A DNA stretch of 47,178 bases from Bdellovibrionota bacterium (GCA_044356295.1 JBIKWN010000015.1:1-47178), one strand, 5' to 3'; numbered from the stretch's first letter, positions 1 to 10,133 are shown. A program made the numbers and translations. The notes: generated by a model from the sequence alone, not told the origin.

Positions 1-307
1 CTGCTTTTCTTTGCGCCGAAACTACTTTTAGTAAAACCAGCTGCTCACCAATATCTGTTCCTAGAAATCTAACAAGAACGGTATGTCCGTCCTCATGAAG
101 CAGCTCTGCAGTAAAATCTCCTGATAGAGAATCGTGCCGCTCATGGTTTGGCCATAAGTATATCGCTTGCTCTGGAAGACTCGATCTACCAAGCAATTCT
201 AAAAAAGCACTGTTAGCAAAAACTGGCGAGCGGTCCAGACTAAAAATAAAAAGTGGTTCGACTAAGGCATCGAGACAAGGTTTGAATAGACTAGGAGTTG
301 TTACCAT
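1..307 (-). CDS. PAS-domain sensor protein, N-terminal part (runs off the window's left edge), probably a histidine kinase or other signalling protein
   Basis: Not in the ORF track. Manual translation from the ATG at 307 gives MVTTPSLFKPCLDALVEPLFIFSLDRSPVFANSAFLELLGRS..., open to position 1. LDAL..P.FI....G/R...FAN.AF..LLG is a PAS N-terminal signature. Confidence 0.7.
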   Translation of the reverse strand, partial: MVTTPSLFKPCLDALVEPLFIFSLDRSPVFANSAFLELLGRSSLPEQAIYLWPNHERHDSLSGDFTAELLHEDGHTVLVRFLGTDIGEQLVLLKVVSAQRKA

Positions 308-515
308 GAGCAGTCAGTATGTTTTATTCAAGAATTACTATAGGTTAGCTGCTCATTTTTTTATAGACATAAACACCATGAACAGTCTTAAATATAGGGG
401 TGTTTGGCTAACTTAGCAATTGAGCAAGTAGTCGGCTTGAATCTTTTAATGTGCGAGTGAATCAAAAGTAGCAAGTAAGTTTGTTTAGTTTTTTTGATGT
501 AGGAAGTAATTGCCG

Positions 516-917
516 ATGAATAATAAAATCAAAGGATTAGTTAAGTGGTTCAATGACGCAAAAGGATTTGGATTTGTTGAACACGAAAAGGGTGATGTCT
601 TTATTCACTTTTCCAGTATTGAAACTGCAGGTTTTAAAACATTAAAAAATGGCGAAGAGATAGAGTACGAACTCGAAGATGGGGACAAAGGTCTTCACGC
701 TAAAAATGTAAGAAGAATTAGCATTCCACAGGATGAAGTTCCACAGAAGAAAGCTTCTGCTATTAGTCCTTCCCGTTCTGGATTAGCTGCTCAAATTGAA
801 GTTGAAAGAATTCCTGATTCTCCTGTAGATGATTCTAGTAACGATAGTGCAGCTGAAATGGAGATACCTGCTCCAAAGCAGCAAAAAGCAAACAATTCAA
901 TTTCTAAGAAGCTCTAA
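516..917 (+). CDS. Cold-shock domain protein with a long C-terminal low-complexity tail
   Basis: [16 protein letters not shown] (RNP1) and DVFIHFS (RNP2), then GFKTL..GEEIEYE...[10 protein letters not shown]. Alternative TTG start at 510. Confidence 0.92.
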   Translation: MNNKIKGLVKWFNDAKGFGFVEHEKGDVFIHFSSIETAGFKTLKNGEEIEYELEDGDKGLHAKNVRRISIPQDEVPQKKASAISPSRSGLAAQIEVERIPDSPVDDSSNDSAAEMEIPAPKQQKANNSISKKL

Positions 918-2039
918 GAATAACTTTTCGTACTGATCTGCAACGGCATCCCAACTGTAATGGGATTTGACGTGGCTTATTCCTTTTCTTGAAAGATCTT
1001 CCCTTAGAGAGGCGTTCTCATAGAGCAATCTCATCTGAGACCCGAGTTGTTCAAAATTATTTACCTGATAGCGCAGAGTACAATCGCCTGCTACTTCAAT
1101 ATTTTCTTCTGTCCCGTTTATGATAGTAGGATTTCCGTAAGCTAGAGCTTCAATAAGCGCAGGGTGGGTGCCCCCTACTTCAGTGGCTTGTACATACATC
1201 TGACAATGCGAACGAAGCTCTTGATAAGCTTTACCAAACTGAAATCCAGTAAACCGTACATCAACTCCGTCTGCTTCTTTTCTTAGTGACTTTTTATATT
1301 CTTCTGCATAGGGTGCGTCCCCTACGATGACAAGAGGAACATCGGTGATACCTGATTGCTTGTATGCTTGAATCACACCAAGGGCATTATTTTCAGGTTC
1401 AAGGCGGCTTACATAAAGTATGAATCTACCGGAAGAAAGATTGAATTCAGTAAGCGTAGATCCAGCAGATTGAAACTCTGCTGTTGCACCGTAAGGGATC
1501 ATAACTGAATCGGATGAAAATCTCTCTTTGTAATATTCGCAAATGACCGCTGCATCACCGACAATTTTATTTGGAAAAATTGTAGAGCAGTATTCTCCAA
1601 GTCGATACCACAGTCTTCCAACGGCATTCCATTTAGCTCTTTTTCTTTCTATACCATCAACATTTACTGCAAACGGTATACCTGCAAGTCGAATCATCCA
1701 AGAGAATGGGCTGTTCGCAGCATTACATAAAAGCGCACAGTCAAATTCATTTCTTCTTTTAAAGAGATCGATATTGCTGGTAATTGCATGCACTGGTGTT
1801 TCTAAATATTTATGTGGAAATGTTTTGGTACGGATACTTCTAACACCATTAATGTAATCAAGAATTTGTGTTACCGCAGGAGAAAAAAAGAAGTGCCTTC
1901 CATAGACAGTTACTTCATGACCCCTTTTAGTTAGGATTTTAGAAAGTTCATCAACGAATGTTTCAAATCCTCCGTAATTCGCAGGGATGCCTCTGGTTCC
2001 AAGCAGCGCAATTCGTAGTTTCCCTTTTGAATTAATCAT
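897..2039 (-). CDS. GT4 (GT-B) glycosyltransferase, DUF1972/RgpA-like
   Basis: [16 protein letters not shown]-terminus, [47 protein letters not shown]. Confidence 0.9.
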   Translation of the reverse strand: MINSKGKLRIALLGTRGIPANYGGFETFVDELSKILTKRGHEVTVYGRHFFFSPAVTQILDYINGVRSIRTKTFPHKYLETPVHAITSNIDLFKRRNEFDCALLCNAANSPFSWMIRLAGIPFAVNVDGIERKRAKWNAVGRLWYRLGEYCSTIFPNKIVGDAAVICEYYKERFSSDSVMIPYGATAEFQSAGSTLTEFNLSSGRFILYVSRLEPENNALGVIQAYKQSGITDVPLVIVGDAPYAEEYKKSLRKEADGVDVRFTGFQFGKAYQELRSHCQMYVQATEVGGTHPALIEALAYGNPTIINGTEENIEVAGDCTLRYQVNNFEQLGSQMRLLYENASLREDLSRKGISHVKSHYSWDAVADQYEKLFLELLRN

Positions 2040-2201
2040 TAAAACCCTGTGTTTAAGATCTAGAGTCTGCTAAACTAATGTAAAGATTGAAGAAGTTCAA
2101 TCTGTGTCGATTCAAAAACTGTAAAAAATCTTTTTTACTGATGTATAAACGCAGAACGAACGATAACAATAGTATAATGAACGTTAAGAGCGTTTAGGGA
2201 A

Positions 2202-4568
2202 ATGCTACAAACTATTGAAATAATGCTCCTTCAGGGGCTCTACTACTTTTACATGCTCCCCAAGAGTATTGGACTCCTCACGATTGGAGCTCTCGGTATC
2301 GCTCTTGTTGTACTGCAATTCACCAAAGGTTCAAAGTCAGTTTGGCTTGGAGCAATTGGGTTATTTTTCTGTGTTGCTGAAATATTGCATTTTCAAAATC
2401 CAGATGCCGTTACCAACCGTATTCAAAATATTTTCGATTGGATGTCTGTATACCATACTGATATCTCACCAATTCCACTTTTTGAATGGCTTTTTCACTA
2501 TGCAGTAGCACCCTATTACCGCAGAACAGTTTTCGAGGAATCGTTATTTGTTTTTCTTTGCCTCTATCTTGCTTCAGTCTCAACAATCGCTTATCAAACA
2601 TTCCAAAAAACAGGACTTGTATTAGGCGAAATGTCGCTTCTTGAAAAAATTCGAGAAAAAAAACAACACCGTCCGAATCGCTCAGATTTTAATGAACTTG
2701 GATCCGGCAATCTTGCTAACACAGAAACTATTGCTAAATGGACCAAAGCAAAAGATCCTGACCTTGATACAAGCTTAATTTGTACCGACCTTCGAGGTAG
2801 TGATGGAACTGCATTTAGAAATTCAAAAATTGTTATTCCTGCAGAAGAACGAAATCGACATATATTAATCGTTGCAAAAACTGGTTCTGGTAAAACTACA
2901 AAACTCATATTGCCCCTTCTTTACAACGATTGCATGTCGAAAGTGCGCTCAACTATTATCATCGATTCCAAACCTGAAATGTGGCGAAAACTTGCTGCAA
3001 TGACGAAACGGTATAATCCAGATAAAGAAGTTCTCCGTTTCAATCCACTCGATACCATAGAATCATTAAGTTGGAATCTTCTTAGTAAGATTGACGATGA
3101 TACTGATGCAAAATTGATTGCTAATACGGTCATCATGGCGACTGACCAACCAAACTCCAAATCAGATACCCCGTTCTTTCGTAACAACGCTCTTTCCGTA
3201 CTGAATGCAATCATGGTTGGTCTCTTACGAGATCAAAAAGAGGGTAAAGATACTCTCTCAATGCCTCGAGTTCACCAACTTATTCAATCGGGAAATACTG
3301 GATTGAAGGATTGGCTTGCGGCGCGACCTGAGGCAAGAAGAACGACGCAAACATTTATCGACCTCGTGAATTCTGGTTCCCAAAATGCTGACACCATTAT
3401 GTCTGAACTCTCAATGCGAGTTAGCCAATGGGATTTGTCTGCTATTCGAGCAACAACTTGGCATAATGAGCTCGATCTTGAAGCTCTTGTATCAAAGCCA
3501 ACGCTATTGATTGTTGAATTCAAAGAATCAGAGATCGAAATGCTCCGTCCGATGGCAAACGTTATCGTGGTTGAGATTCTTCGCTTCTTAACGAAAAGAG
3601 CTGAAAACTGCGAAGGAGTAACCCTTCCACGCCCTGTAAGCCTTGTAATCGATGAGTTCGCTTCTGCCCTAGGTCGAATTCCAGATATTCACGTTAAGCT
3701 CAATACGCTCCGTTCTAGAAACGTAAGTATAGTTGCAGCAATCCAGTCTACAGCACAGGTTAAAGCGATCTATGAACAAAATGCTGACTCCGTATTAGCT
3801 GGTTTTTCAACAAAGATCTTTATGCCTGCTCTTGACCTCGTAGATAGTGAATGGGCATCAAAAGAAACCGGACAGATGACGATTCGGTTCAAAACTCAGT
3901 CGACTGGTACCAACCGAAAAATTATCGAGTGGTTTGCAAGTAAAAACGACGGGACTCAAGAACAAGTACAACAAAGAGCGGTATTAACGCCTGATGAAAT
4001 CGGACGTCCTATCGATAATATCTCTACGTTCTTTATGCCTAATACTCCGGCATTTCAAGGGCATCTTGTTCCTTACTATAAAACACCTGAGATTAGAGAC
4101 AGGATTAAAGAATACGATAAGATTGATAAAGAGTTAAAACTAAGAACTGAGCCGATCCAATTCGATGACAAAGTTCCAGAGGTTACTCAGTCAGCTCCTG
4201 CCGCTGGAGGACTCCCTGCTAACATTACCAACACCAAGGGTTGGTCTGAAGAACAGATTAAAACAAAACTTGATGAAGTTAAAAAGAAACTTGATTGGGA
4301 CAATACAACTGGTTCAGCTCGAAAGTGGTGGGAAGCATTTGAAAACGAGAATAAACATCGATTAAATCTAGTACTTCGACTCGGTGAAGAGTTACAAAAT
4401 AGAAAAGCGACCGTTACAGAATTCTTTTTAGCGTACGTTTACAGCAATACAGATAATATTCAGGCGAACCTTTGTTATCTTGATTATACTCGATTGAAAA
4501 AAGAAGAAGAGAAGAAACGTCGCGAAGCTGCTGCAAAAGCTTCTCAAAGCACAACACCTGTTGTTTAG
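2202..4568 (+). CDS. Type IV secretion coupling protein (VirD4/TraG family ATPase) with N-terminal TM helices and an extra C-terminal domain
   Basis: RHILIVAKTGSGKT (Walker A), IIDSKPE, FNPLD...SWNLL, LVIDEFASALGRIP (Walker B), RSRNVSIVAAIQS..Q...IY, QRAVLTPDEI. The exact start codon is uncertain. Confidence 0.85.
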   Translation: MLQTIEIMLLQGLYYFYMLPKSIGLLTIGALGIALVVLQFTKGSKSVWLGAIGLFFCVAEILHFQNPDAVTNRIQNIFDWMSVYHTDISPIPLFEWLFHYAVAPYYRRTVFEESLFVFLCLYLASVSTIAYQTFQKTGLVLGEMSLLEKIREKKQHRPNRSDFNELGSGNLANTETIAKWTKAKDPDLDTSLICTDLRGSDGTAFRNSKIVIPAEERNRHILIVAKTGSGKTTKLILPLLYNDCMSKVRSTIIIDSKPEMWRKLAAMTKRYNPDKEVLRFNPLDTIESLSWNLLSKIDDDTDAKLIANTVIMATDQPNSKSDTPFFRNNALSVLNAIMVGLLRDQKEGKDTLSMPRVHQLIQSGNTGLKDWLAARPEARRTTQTFIDLVNSGSQNADTIMSELSMRVSQWDLSAIRATTWHNELDLEALVSKPTLLIVEFKESEIEMLRPMANVIVVEILRFLTKRAENCEGVTLPRPVSLVIDEFASALGRIPDIHVKLNTLRSRNVSIVAAIQSTAQVKAIYEQNADSVLAGFSTKIFMPALDLVDSEWASKETGQMTIRFKTQSTGTNRKIIEWFASKNDGTQEQVQQRAVLTPDEIGRPIDNISTFFMPNTPAFQGHLVPYYKTPEIRDRIKEYDKIDKELKLRTEPIQFDDKVPEVTQSAPAAGGLPANITNTKGWSEEQIKTKLDEVKKKLDWDNTTGSARKWWEAFENENKHRLNLVLRLGEELQNRKATVTEFFLAYVYSNTDNIQANLCYLDYTRLKKEEEKKRREAAAKASQSTTPVV

Positions 4569-4583
4569 ATCTTTGCTATTTTT

Positions 4584-5132
4584 CTACAGAAGAACTTTTA
4601 CAACTGCTACAAGCGATTGCAGTTTATTTTCTGGATCAATAAAGGAACAAGAAGAACCTGACGAGTATCGTCTAATGTCTTCTTGACCGACAGCACGCTG
4701 AGTATCATCAATAAAATCTTCTTTTTTATAGATAGCAATATAACCGACATCATTCTCAACTCGCTGTTCTAGGTACGAAACAATCGTATGCTCCTCGTCG
4801 TTATCGAATCTCATCGAGGACTCACTATTACTAACCGTTATATAAAAAATTGAATCACTATCATTATTATTGCAATACCCAGAGGCAATAAAACCATCAA
4901 TGGCACTACCGGTTCGAGCAGTTCCTTTTGTTAAAACATCTTCTAACTTAGACGGATGAAATGCGCTGTAAATATAATCTTCTCGAAGTAGTTTTTTTCG
5001 TTGCAACGCTTCTTGTAAACCTTGAATTCGCTCTTCTGATGTAAATGAATCACATAAATTAATCGAAACTTCCTTTACAGGCTGATTTCTAATTCTATTT
5101 GAAGCTGTAGTTTTGTTTTCTAAATCGGCCAT
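4584..5132 (-). CDS. Hypothetical protein (182 aa)
   Basis: Long ORF filling the gap between the coupling-protein gene and tRNA-Leu. No recognised motif. Confidence 0.6.
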   Translation of the reverse strand: MADLENKTTASNRIRNQPVKEVSINLCDSFTSEERIQGLQEALQRKKLLREDYIYSAFHPSKLEDVLTKGTARTGSAIDGFIASGYCNNNDSDSIFYITVSNSESSMRFDNDEEHTIVSYLEQRVENDVGYIAIYKKEDFIDDTQRAVGQEDIRRYSSGSSCSFIDPENKLQSLVAVVKVLL

Positions 5133-5165
5133 TGAAACGGATCTTTATCTATTCTTACTAATGAG

Positions 5166-5192
5166 AATCCGTAATTTCATGATTTTAGTTCA
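5166..5192 (-). promoter_or_regulatory. Putative alternative-sigma (sigma28-like) promoter TGAA-N15-TACGGATT
   Basis: TGAACTAAAATCATGAAATTACGGATT on the minus strand, 33 nt upstream of the 182-aa gene. A near-identical motif lies upstream of the 573-aa gene. Confidence 0.5.
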
Positions 5193-5356
5193 GATATTTG
5201 GAGCTATGTTATAAAAAACTTAGAGAAGTACTATTATTCGAACGACAAATGCAATTTGAGGCTCCTCATGTAGTAATATTTAGGGCACCTTTTAAGTTAA
5301 TTTCCTGCATTTTCAATTTACCAATTTTTCATTTACTATAATGAATAGTTTTATAA

Positions 5357-5439
5357 GCCGGGATGGCGGAACGGTAGACGCGGCGGATTCAAAATCCGCT
5401 TGTCGCAAGACAGTGGGGGTTCAAGTCCCTTTCTCGGTA
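5357..5439 (+). tRNA. tRNA-Leu(CAA)
   Basis: GCCGGGA/TCTCGGT acceptor stem, anticodon arm GCGGA-TTCAAAA-TCCGC, long variable arm, GGTTCAAGTCC T-loop. CCA not encoded. Confidence 0.93.
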
Positions 5440-5463
5440 TTTACAATTTTTACGAACGTACAA

Positions 5464-5503
5464 TAGTTCTTTGAATTTATTCTTTAAAATCAATAAAGAA
5501 CTA
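5464..5503. terminator. Possible hairpin between the convergent tRNA-Leu and cheX
   Basis: Inverted repeat TAGTTCTTT ... AAAGAACTA followed by a T-run. AT-rich and weak. Confidence 0.3.
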
Positions 5504-5547
5504 GAATTCTTTTTTATTAATTTACGAAAAAACAATCAGAACTAAAA

Positions 5548-6018
5548 TTACTTCTTAGGAGCTAAATTAGCTTCCACTACAAATTTTCCATTAGGTGTCT
5601 GGAACGGGATTACAAGAATTGGTGTTTTTGCAAATTGATTTAACTCTACGTTTTGACCAGTAATCATAATTGGGCTAGCCATTTCAAACTTAAATCCTTT
5701 TTCTGATAGAGCTGATTTAGTACCACCCGAAATCATATTTGTAATCTCACCGACGGCATCAACAACATCTGGCGTAAGTTCAGAGATCTCTTCCATAAGC
5801 ATCTTGGAGACTATGCTTAAAATACAGGGTTCATCAAAACTTAATACAAGATTACCTGCAACGGAATCTCCCGCCATACCAATAATACCCGTAATAACTC
5901 CCCATGTTCTTGCATCAGACTTAATAAATGCCATCCCTGGCACAGGCTCCGTCTGTGCCATTGTTTTCAGTACATTTACAGTAGATTCTATAAAAGGATT
6001 AACGAGGGTAACGTCCAT
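5548..6018 (-). CDS. cheX: Chemotaxis phosphatase CheX
   Basis: MDVTLVNPFIESTVNVLKTMA, ITGIIGMAG, DAVGEITNMISGG (E-xx-N phosphatase motif), IPFQTPNGKFVVE. Confidence 0.9.
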   Translation of the reverse strand: MDVTLVNPFIESTVNVLKTMAQTEPVPGMAFIKSDARTWGVITGIIGMAGDSVAGNLVLSFDEPCILSIVSKMLMEEISELTPDVVDAVGEITNMISGGTKSALSEKGFKFEMASPIMITGQNVELNQFAKTPILVIPFQTPNGKFVVEANLAPKK

Positions 6019-6414
6019 ACATGGCTCTTCTTTAAACTTTTACTATACTCTATCTAACATCTTACATTGTTGAAAAGTATATTTCTTACTAAATTTAACA
6101 AGTTACTATATCGCTCTGTAATCCCATACTAATTATAAAGTCTTTCAAAAAGCTGCTGACTCAATACGTTTCAATCAAGAATGAACTATCTGAACTTATT
6201 GCGATAATTGAAAAGCCTGATAACGACTCAACTTGTGCACAATTGATAGCAAACGAAGGTACTATTTTTGCCAATGAGGTTCTTATCAAGAAAAATTTTC
6301 TCCTCTATGTAAAAAGAACTTCAAGAGCGATATGCATATTCTTCGACTTTTCTAGATAAAAAAAAATTTAGTTACATTTCAGATGGGTTGATACTTCAAG
6401 CATTTGTATTTTTC

Positions 6415-6511
6415 CGCAAGAGGTACGCAGGGAATCGCAGAGGAAATCAAACAAATCTAACAACATCGATATATTGGCATAATTCCCCGCGATCCTCTGC
6501 GTCACACTGCG
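6415..6511. repeat. Imperfect inverted repeat (REP-like) built from CGCAG-containing units
   Basis: The left arm ACGCAGGGAATCGCAGAGGAA (6425-6445) matches the reverse complement of the right arm, ACGCAGAGGATCGCGGGGAA (6483-6502). It is a GC-rich island in an AT-rich spacer. Confidence 0.65.
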
Positions 6512-6581
6512 ATAAAGACTCATTAATTTCAACAACTTAGCATTGACTTATAATACTTCCAAATCTTTTAGTCACAATTTA

Positions 6582-6608
6582 TAAACTTATCTACCATTAC
6601 GTCGAATA
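6582..6608 (+). promoter_or_regulatory. Putative sigma28 (FliA) promoter TAAA-N15-GTCGAATA
   Basis: Matches the TAAA-N15-GCCGATAA consensus spacing exactly and lies 29 nt upstream of the ATG at 6638. Confidence 0.55.
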
Positions 6609-6637
6609 CCATACATTAGGCTTCAATAGGAGAACTC

Positions 6638-6988
6638 ATGAAAGGATTCAAACTACCATTCGTATTATCGTTACTGGCACTATCGTCATTATTGATTGCC
6701 ACAACAACACACTCTGAAAATACCGCTAGACATTCTTATGGTAATGATATGCTTTACCCACCCTCTAAAAATCAAGGAGAGACAATAAACGTAATTCAAA
6801 TTGATAAAGAAATAATCAAGGGTAACAGCGAAGTATATCTTCAAATTGATCAAAAAATTTCTTCAACTCAAAAAATAAAATTAAATTTTACTGGTAAGAA
6901 AATTTCAAAAATTGAAGACGCAAAGGGAGTACAATATAAACTTGTACCTATCGAACCTCGTAAAGTAAAAAATCGTTCTCACTCTTAA
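6638..6988 (+). CDS. Hypothetical exported protein (116 aa)
   Basis: AGGAG Shine-Dalgarno and a signal-peptide-like N-terminus, MKGFKLPFVLSLLALSSLLIATTTHS. Confidence 0.65.
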   Translation: MKGFKLPFVLSLLALSSLLIATTTHSENTARHSYGNDMLYPPSKNQGETINVIQIDKEIIKGNSEVYLQIDQKISSTQKIKLNFTGKKISKIEDAKGVQYKLVPIEPRKVKNRSHS

Positions 6989-8474
6989 TCAATAAAAGGC
7001 TTAAATCGTCAGTTATTGGAGTTTTTTTACTTGAAGTAATTACAAAGCGAGCTTGATATTTTTTTGCTATTTGGGTCAAAGAAGATGAGCTCTTCGCACT
7101 TAGAAACTCGCTGTAAGGCGGTTCTCGTAACAAACCGTTTCTATCATCAAGAACAGGAACAACTATTCCTTCACCGAAATACGTTAAAAAACCACCAAGG
7201 TCAGGGTGATTGTAAATCACAAGGGGACGTTCAATTCTTGCTGCATTTTCTTTCAGAAACGAAATCATCGAGTAAGGATATACATCTTTTGAAGGACCTA
7301 CATTGAACTGCTTGGATGAGAATCCCATAAGAGCAATAACTAAAAAATATACGAGTAAAAAGGAAGTTAATGATACATGCAGGAGGCTGCTCCTTCGTTC
7401 TAAAACAGGGGATAAAGATAAGAGCCATTGGAAAGTTAAATCTAAACTTTTAGCAAAAGGAATAAAAAGAAGCAGTGCTAGATACGGTACAAAACGGACA
7501 GAGTTAAAGCTTTGATAGAGGAAAAAGAAACAAATCAAAAACGAAAAGATAGAACTTGGAAGAGATGAGTGATTTTGAACACGTGGAGTCGTTTGAAGAA
7601 ACAACTTAGAGAATAAAATTGAAAACAACATTACCGTAAGGATAGAACCTTCTAGAGATTTTATTGATAACGGTAGCCATTCTCGGTTAAGAGTCATAAA
7701 GAAATCGGACGCACCGAGTTCAAGTATACTGGCATGAAGATAATAGCCATTTGGATTACAAAAACTTCCGACCCCGCCGCATATACCTAATAGTATAAGT
7801 ACATTTGTCATTGAGTGTTCGAGGACCTGCTCAGACTTACTAAATCTGTAAAGTGTCTCTGATAGAACCGCGAAAAAAACTAAAACCAGTCCTAACATAA
7901 ATGATGGATGAAGATTGGACCAAAGTGCATAGGATATAAAATAGAAGAAATATGTTTTAACTTGGGTTTTTCGCTCATTTAACAGTTGGGTTAAATGTTT
8001 ATATTGAAGAACAAAGAAGATAAACGACCATAGAACTGGACGTAGCAATGCGTGAATGCTGAGAAGTTGAAAGACACAAAACATTGAAAGAAAAAAAGCT
8101 AGCGAAGATACTTTTAAACTCTTTCCTGAAGTTGATATGTAAAAGCTTGTAAAAAAAAGAATAAAGCAAAATACATATAATCCAAGCCAGTTAAAATTAT
8201 GGAAAACAAAAGCGAAAATTAGATCAGCTCCCCATTGATCTGAGATCCATGGACGTTCAATAGATAGAAATGTATCAATCCGAGGTATTACAAAGCTCGA
8301 AAGAATGTTTCTTCCATTTGCAAGATGCCATCCAACACCTGGATCATCTGCGAAATGAGCAATCCCTCTAACAATCAAAAGAATCGCAAAAAATGGGAAA
8401 AATAATTTCAATACCCATGTATATGAGTTTGAAAGAGATTCATTCATGCTCAAAATTATATCGTTATTTTTCAA
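6948..8474 (-). CDS. Polytopic membrane protein, probable GT-C-fold glycosyltransferase
   Basis: D(D)PGVGWHLANG.....IPRIDTF after TM1, many TM helices, LWSNLHPSF, NPNG, EW.P, GGFL and DDRNG motifs. Last gene of the ftsH-glmM-lysC run. Confidence 0.6.
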   Translation of the reverse strand: MKNNDIILSMNESLSNSYTWVLKLFFPFFAILLIVRGIAHFADDPGVGWHLANGRNILSSFVIPRIDTFLSIERPWISDQWGADLIFAFVFHNFNWLGLYVFCFILFFTSFYISTSGKSLKVSSLAFFLSMFCVFQLLSIHALLRPVLWSFIFFVLQYKHLTQLLNERKTQVKTYFFYFISYALWSNLHPSFMLGLVLVFFAVLSETLYRFSKSEQVLEHSMTNVLILLGICGGVGSFCNPNGYYLHASILELGASDFFMTLNREWLPLSIKSLEGSILTVMLFSILFSKLFLQTTPRVQNHSSLPSSIFSFLICFFFLYQSFNSVRFVPYLALLLFIPFAKSLDLTFQWLLSLSPVLERRSSLLHVSLTSFLLVYFLVIALMGFSSKQFNVGPSKDVYPYSMISFLKENAARIERPLVIYNHPDLGGFLTYFGEGIVVPVLDDRNGLLREPPYSEFLSAKSSSSLTQIAKKYQARFVITSSKKTPITDDLSLLLIKSENDFLLYEVR

Positions 8475-9702
8475 CTGACACTACAGGTTCATCTTCGATG
8501 AAACGAGCGTGCAGGGTCCGAACAGCAACTTCGGAATATTTTCTAGGGATAACAACTGAAATCTTGATTTCCGAGGTACCTATCATCATAACGTTGATAT
8601 TTTCTTCGGCCAAAGCCTGGAACATTTTTGCAGCAACACCAGTATGATATTTCATGCCGATACCAACAACTGATACTTTTGCAATATCAACTTCCATCGA
8701 CACTTTGCCTTTGTTATTTTTTGCAAAAGCTTCAGAGACAAATACAGCAGTCGACTGCGCTTCCTGGGGAACCGTAAAACTAATATTAGTCTTTCCGTCT
8801 ATGAGACCAGTCTGTGAAATCATATCGACAAAGACTCCTTGATTTCCTAATTCAGCAAATAGTTCGTTAATAGAACGACTCTCGCCAGGAATACCTTGAA
8901 CGGTAATTTTAGTTTCATCGAATCGGTATGTAATACCAGTCACAAGCGGTTTTTCCACTAATTCCTCCTCTTTAACAATCCAAGTACCATGATTTGGATT
9001 AAATGTTGAAAGTACATTCAGAGGCATTTCATACCTCATTGCAAAATACACAGATCGAGGGTGAAGCACTTTAGCCCCAAGAGAAGCCATCTCTAACATT
9101 TCTTCATGCGAAATAAACTTCATCGGTTTTGCTTTTGAGCAAATACGAGGATCGGTAGTAAACACTCCCTCAACATCCGTATAGATAAAACAAGACTTTG
9201 CTTTAAGGGCAACTGCTAATGCAACAGCTGATATATCTGAACCACCTCTTCCTAGGGTAGTAATATTTCCTTCATCATCAATTCCTTGAAAACCTGCAAC
9301 AACGGGGACAATACCTTCATCAATCTTCTTTAATATCAATTCAGCATTAATACCGGATATCTGGGCATTGTTAAATTTCTTATCTGTATGAATTTGAGCC
9401 TGAAAACTTGTAAAACTTTGCGCAGGAACGCCAATATCGATCAGAGCCATTGAGAGCAGTGCAATACTAACTTGCTCTCCAGTAGCCAAAAGACAGTCAA
9501 GCTCTCTAGCACTTGGTGTGGGAACGCACTCTTTCGATAAACTTATTAATCTGTTTGTTTCACCTGCCATTGCAGATACGACGACAGCTATTCTATCTTC
9601 GGGAAACTCTTCCTTATGTTTTTTAATTAAAGAAGCAACATCTCGAATACATTCGATCGTTCCAACTGAAGTACCGCCAAATTTCTTAACAATTATTCCC
9701 AC
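8464..9702 (-). CDS. lysC: Aspartate kinase
   Basis: KFGGTSVG, VVSAMAGETN, TTLGRGGSD, YTDVEGVFTTDPR, and two C-terminal ACT domains (GTSEIKIS). Confidence 0.96.
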   Translation of the reverse strand: MGIIVKKFGGTSVGTIECIRDVASLIKKHKEEFPEDRIAVVVSAMAGETNRLISLSKECVPTPSARELDCLLATGEQVSIALLSMALIDIGVPAQSFTSFQAQIHTDKKFNNAQISGINAELILKKIDEGIVPVVAGFQGIDDEGNITTLGRGGSDISAVALAVALKAKSCFIYTDVEGVFTTDPRICSKAKPMKFISHEEMLEMASLGAKVLHPRSVYFAMRYEMPLNVLSTFNPNHGTWIVKEEELVEKPLVTGITYRFDETKITVQGIPGESRSINELFAELGNQGVFVDMISQTGLIDGKTNISFTVPQEAQSTAVFVSEAFAKNNKGKVSMEVDIAKVSVVGIGMKYHTGVAAKMFQALAEENINVMMIGTSEIKISVVIPRKYSEVAVRTLHARFIEDEPVVSVEK

Positions 9703-9704
9703 GA

Positions 9705-10133
9705 TTAGTTAAGTATATTGAAATCTAAAATTCGTGTCGAATCATCAATTATCGACAATGTGAACCTTCCGTTTGGTTGTAATTCTGGAAATTTCTCTCC
9801 CCATTCAATAAAACGAATCGTAGATTTTTTAACAGATTGCTCAATCTCTTCTGGTAAAATCTGAGTTCTATAAAGATCCCAGTGTTCTACTTCACTAATG
9901 CCTTCTTGGAACCCACTATAGACATGTTGCAAAACATAGGTCGGTGAACTCACAGTATCAGAACAACCCATTTCGGCAATTATAGATCGTATCAAAGTTG
10001 TTTTCCCTGCTCCAAGATCACCAGTAAATACATATGTACCTCCAGGAACGATATATGAGATGCAAAATTTTGCAGCATCAATGATATTCTCTAATGTAAA
10101 TGAGAGAGAATGATTATGCGGTACCAAGCTCAC
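9705..10133 (-). CDS. tsaE: tRNA threonylcarbamoyladenosine biosynthesis ATPase TsaE
   Basis: GDLGAGKTT, VSSPTY, H.DLYR, IEW. Confidence 0.92.
   Translation of the reverse strand: MSLVPHNHSLSFTLENIIDAAKFCISYIVPGGTYVFTGDLGAGKTTLIRSIIAEMGCSDTVSSPTYVLQHVYSGFQEGISEVEHWDLYRTQILPEEIEQSVKKSTIRFIEWGEKFPELQPNGRFTLSIIDDSTRILDFNILN

Noticed and set aside
2202..5439. Integrative conjugative element inserted at tRNA-Leu
   Set aside because: I saw no integrase, relaxase or VirB genes and no duplicated tRNA-Leu end.
6019..6414. Riboswitch (e.g. c-di-GMP) upstream of cheX
   Set aside because: I could not find the paired consensus elements by eye. An Infernal scan would be needed.
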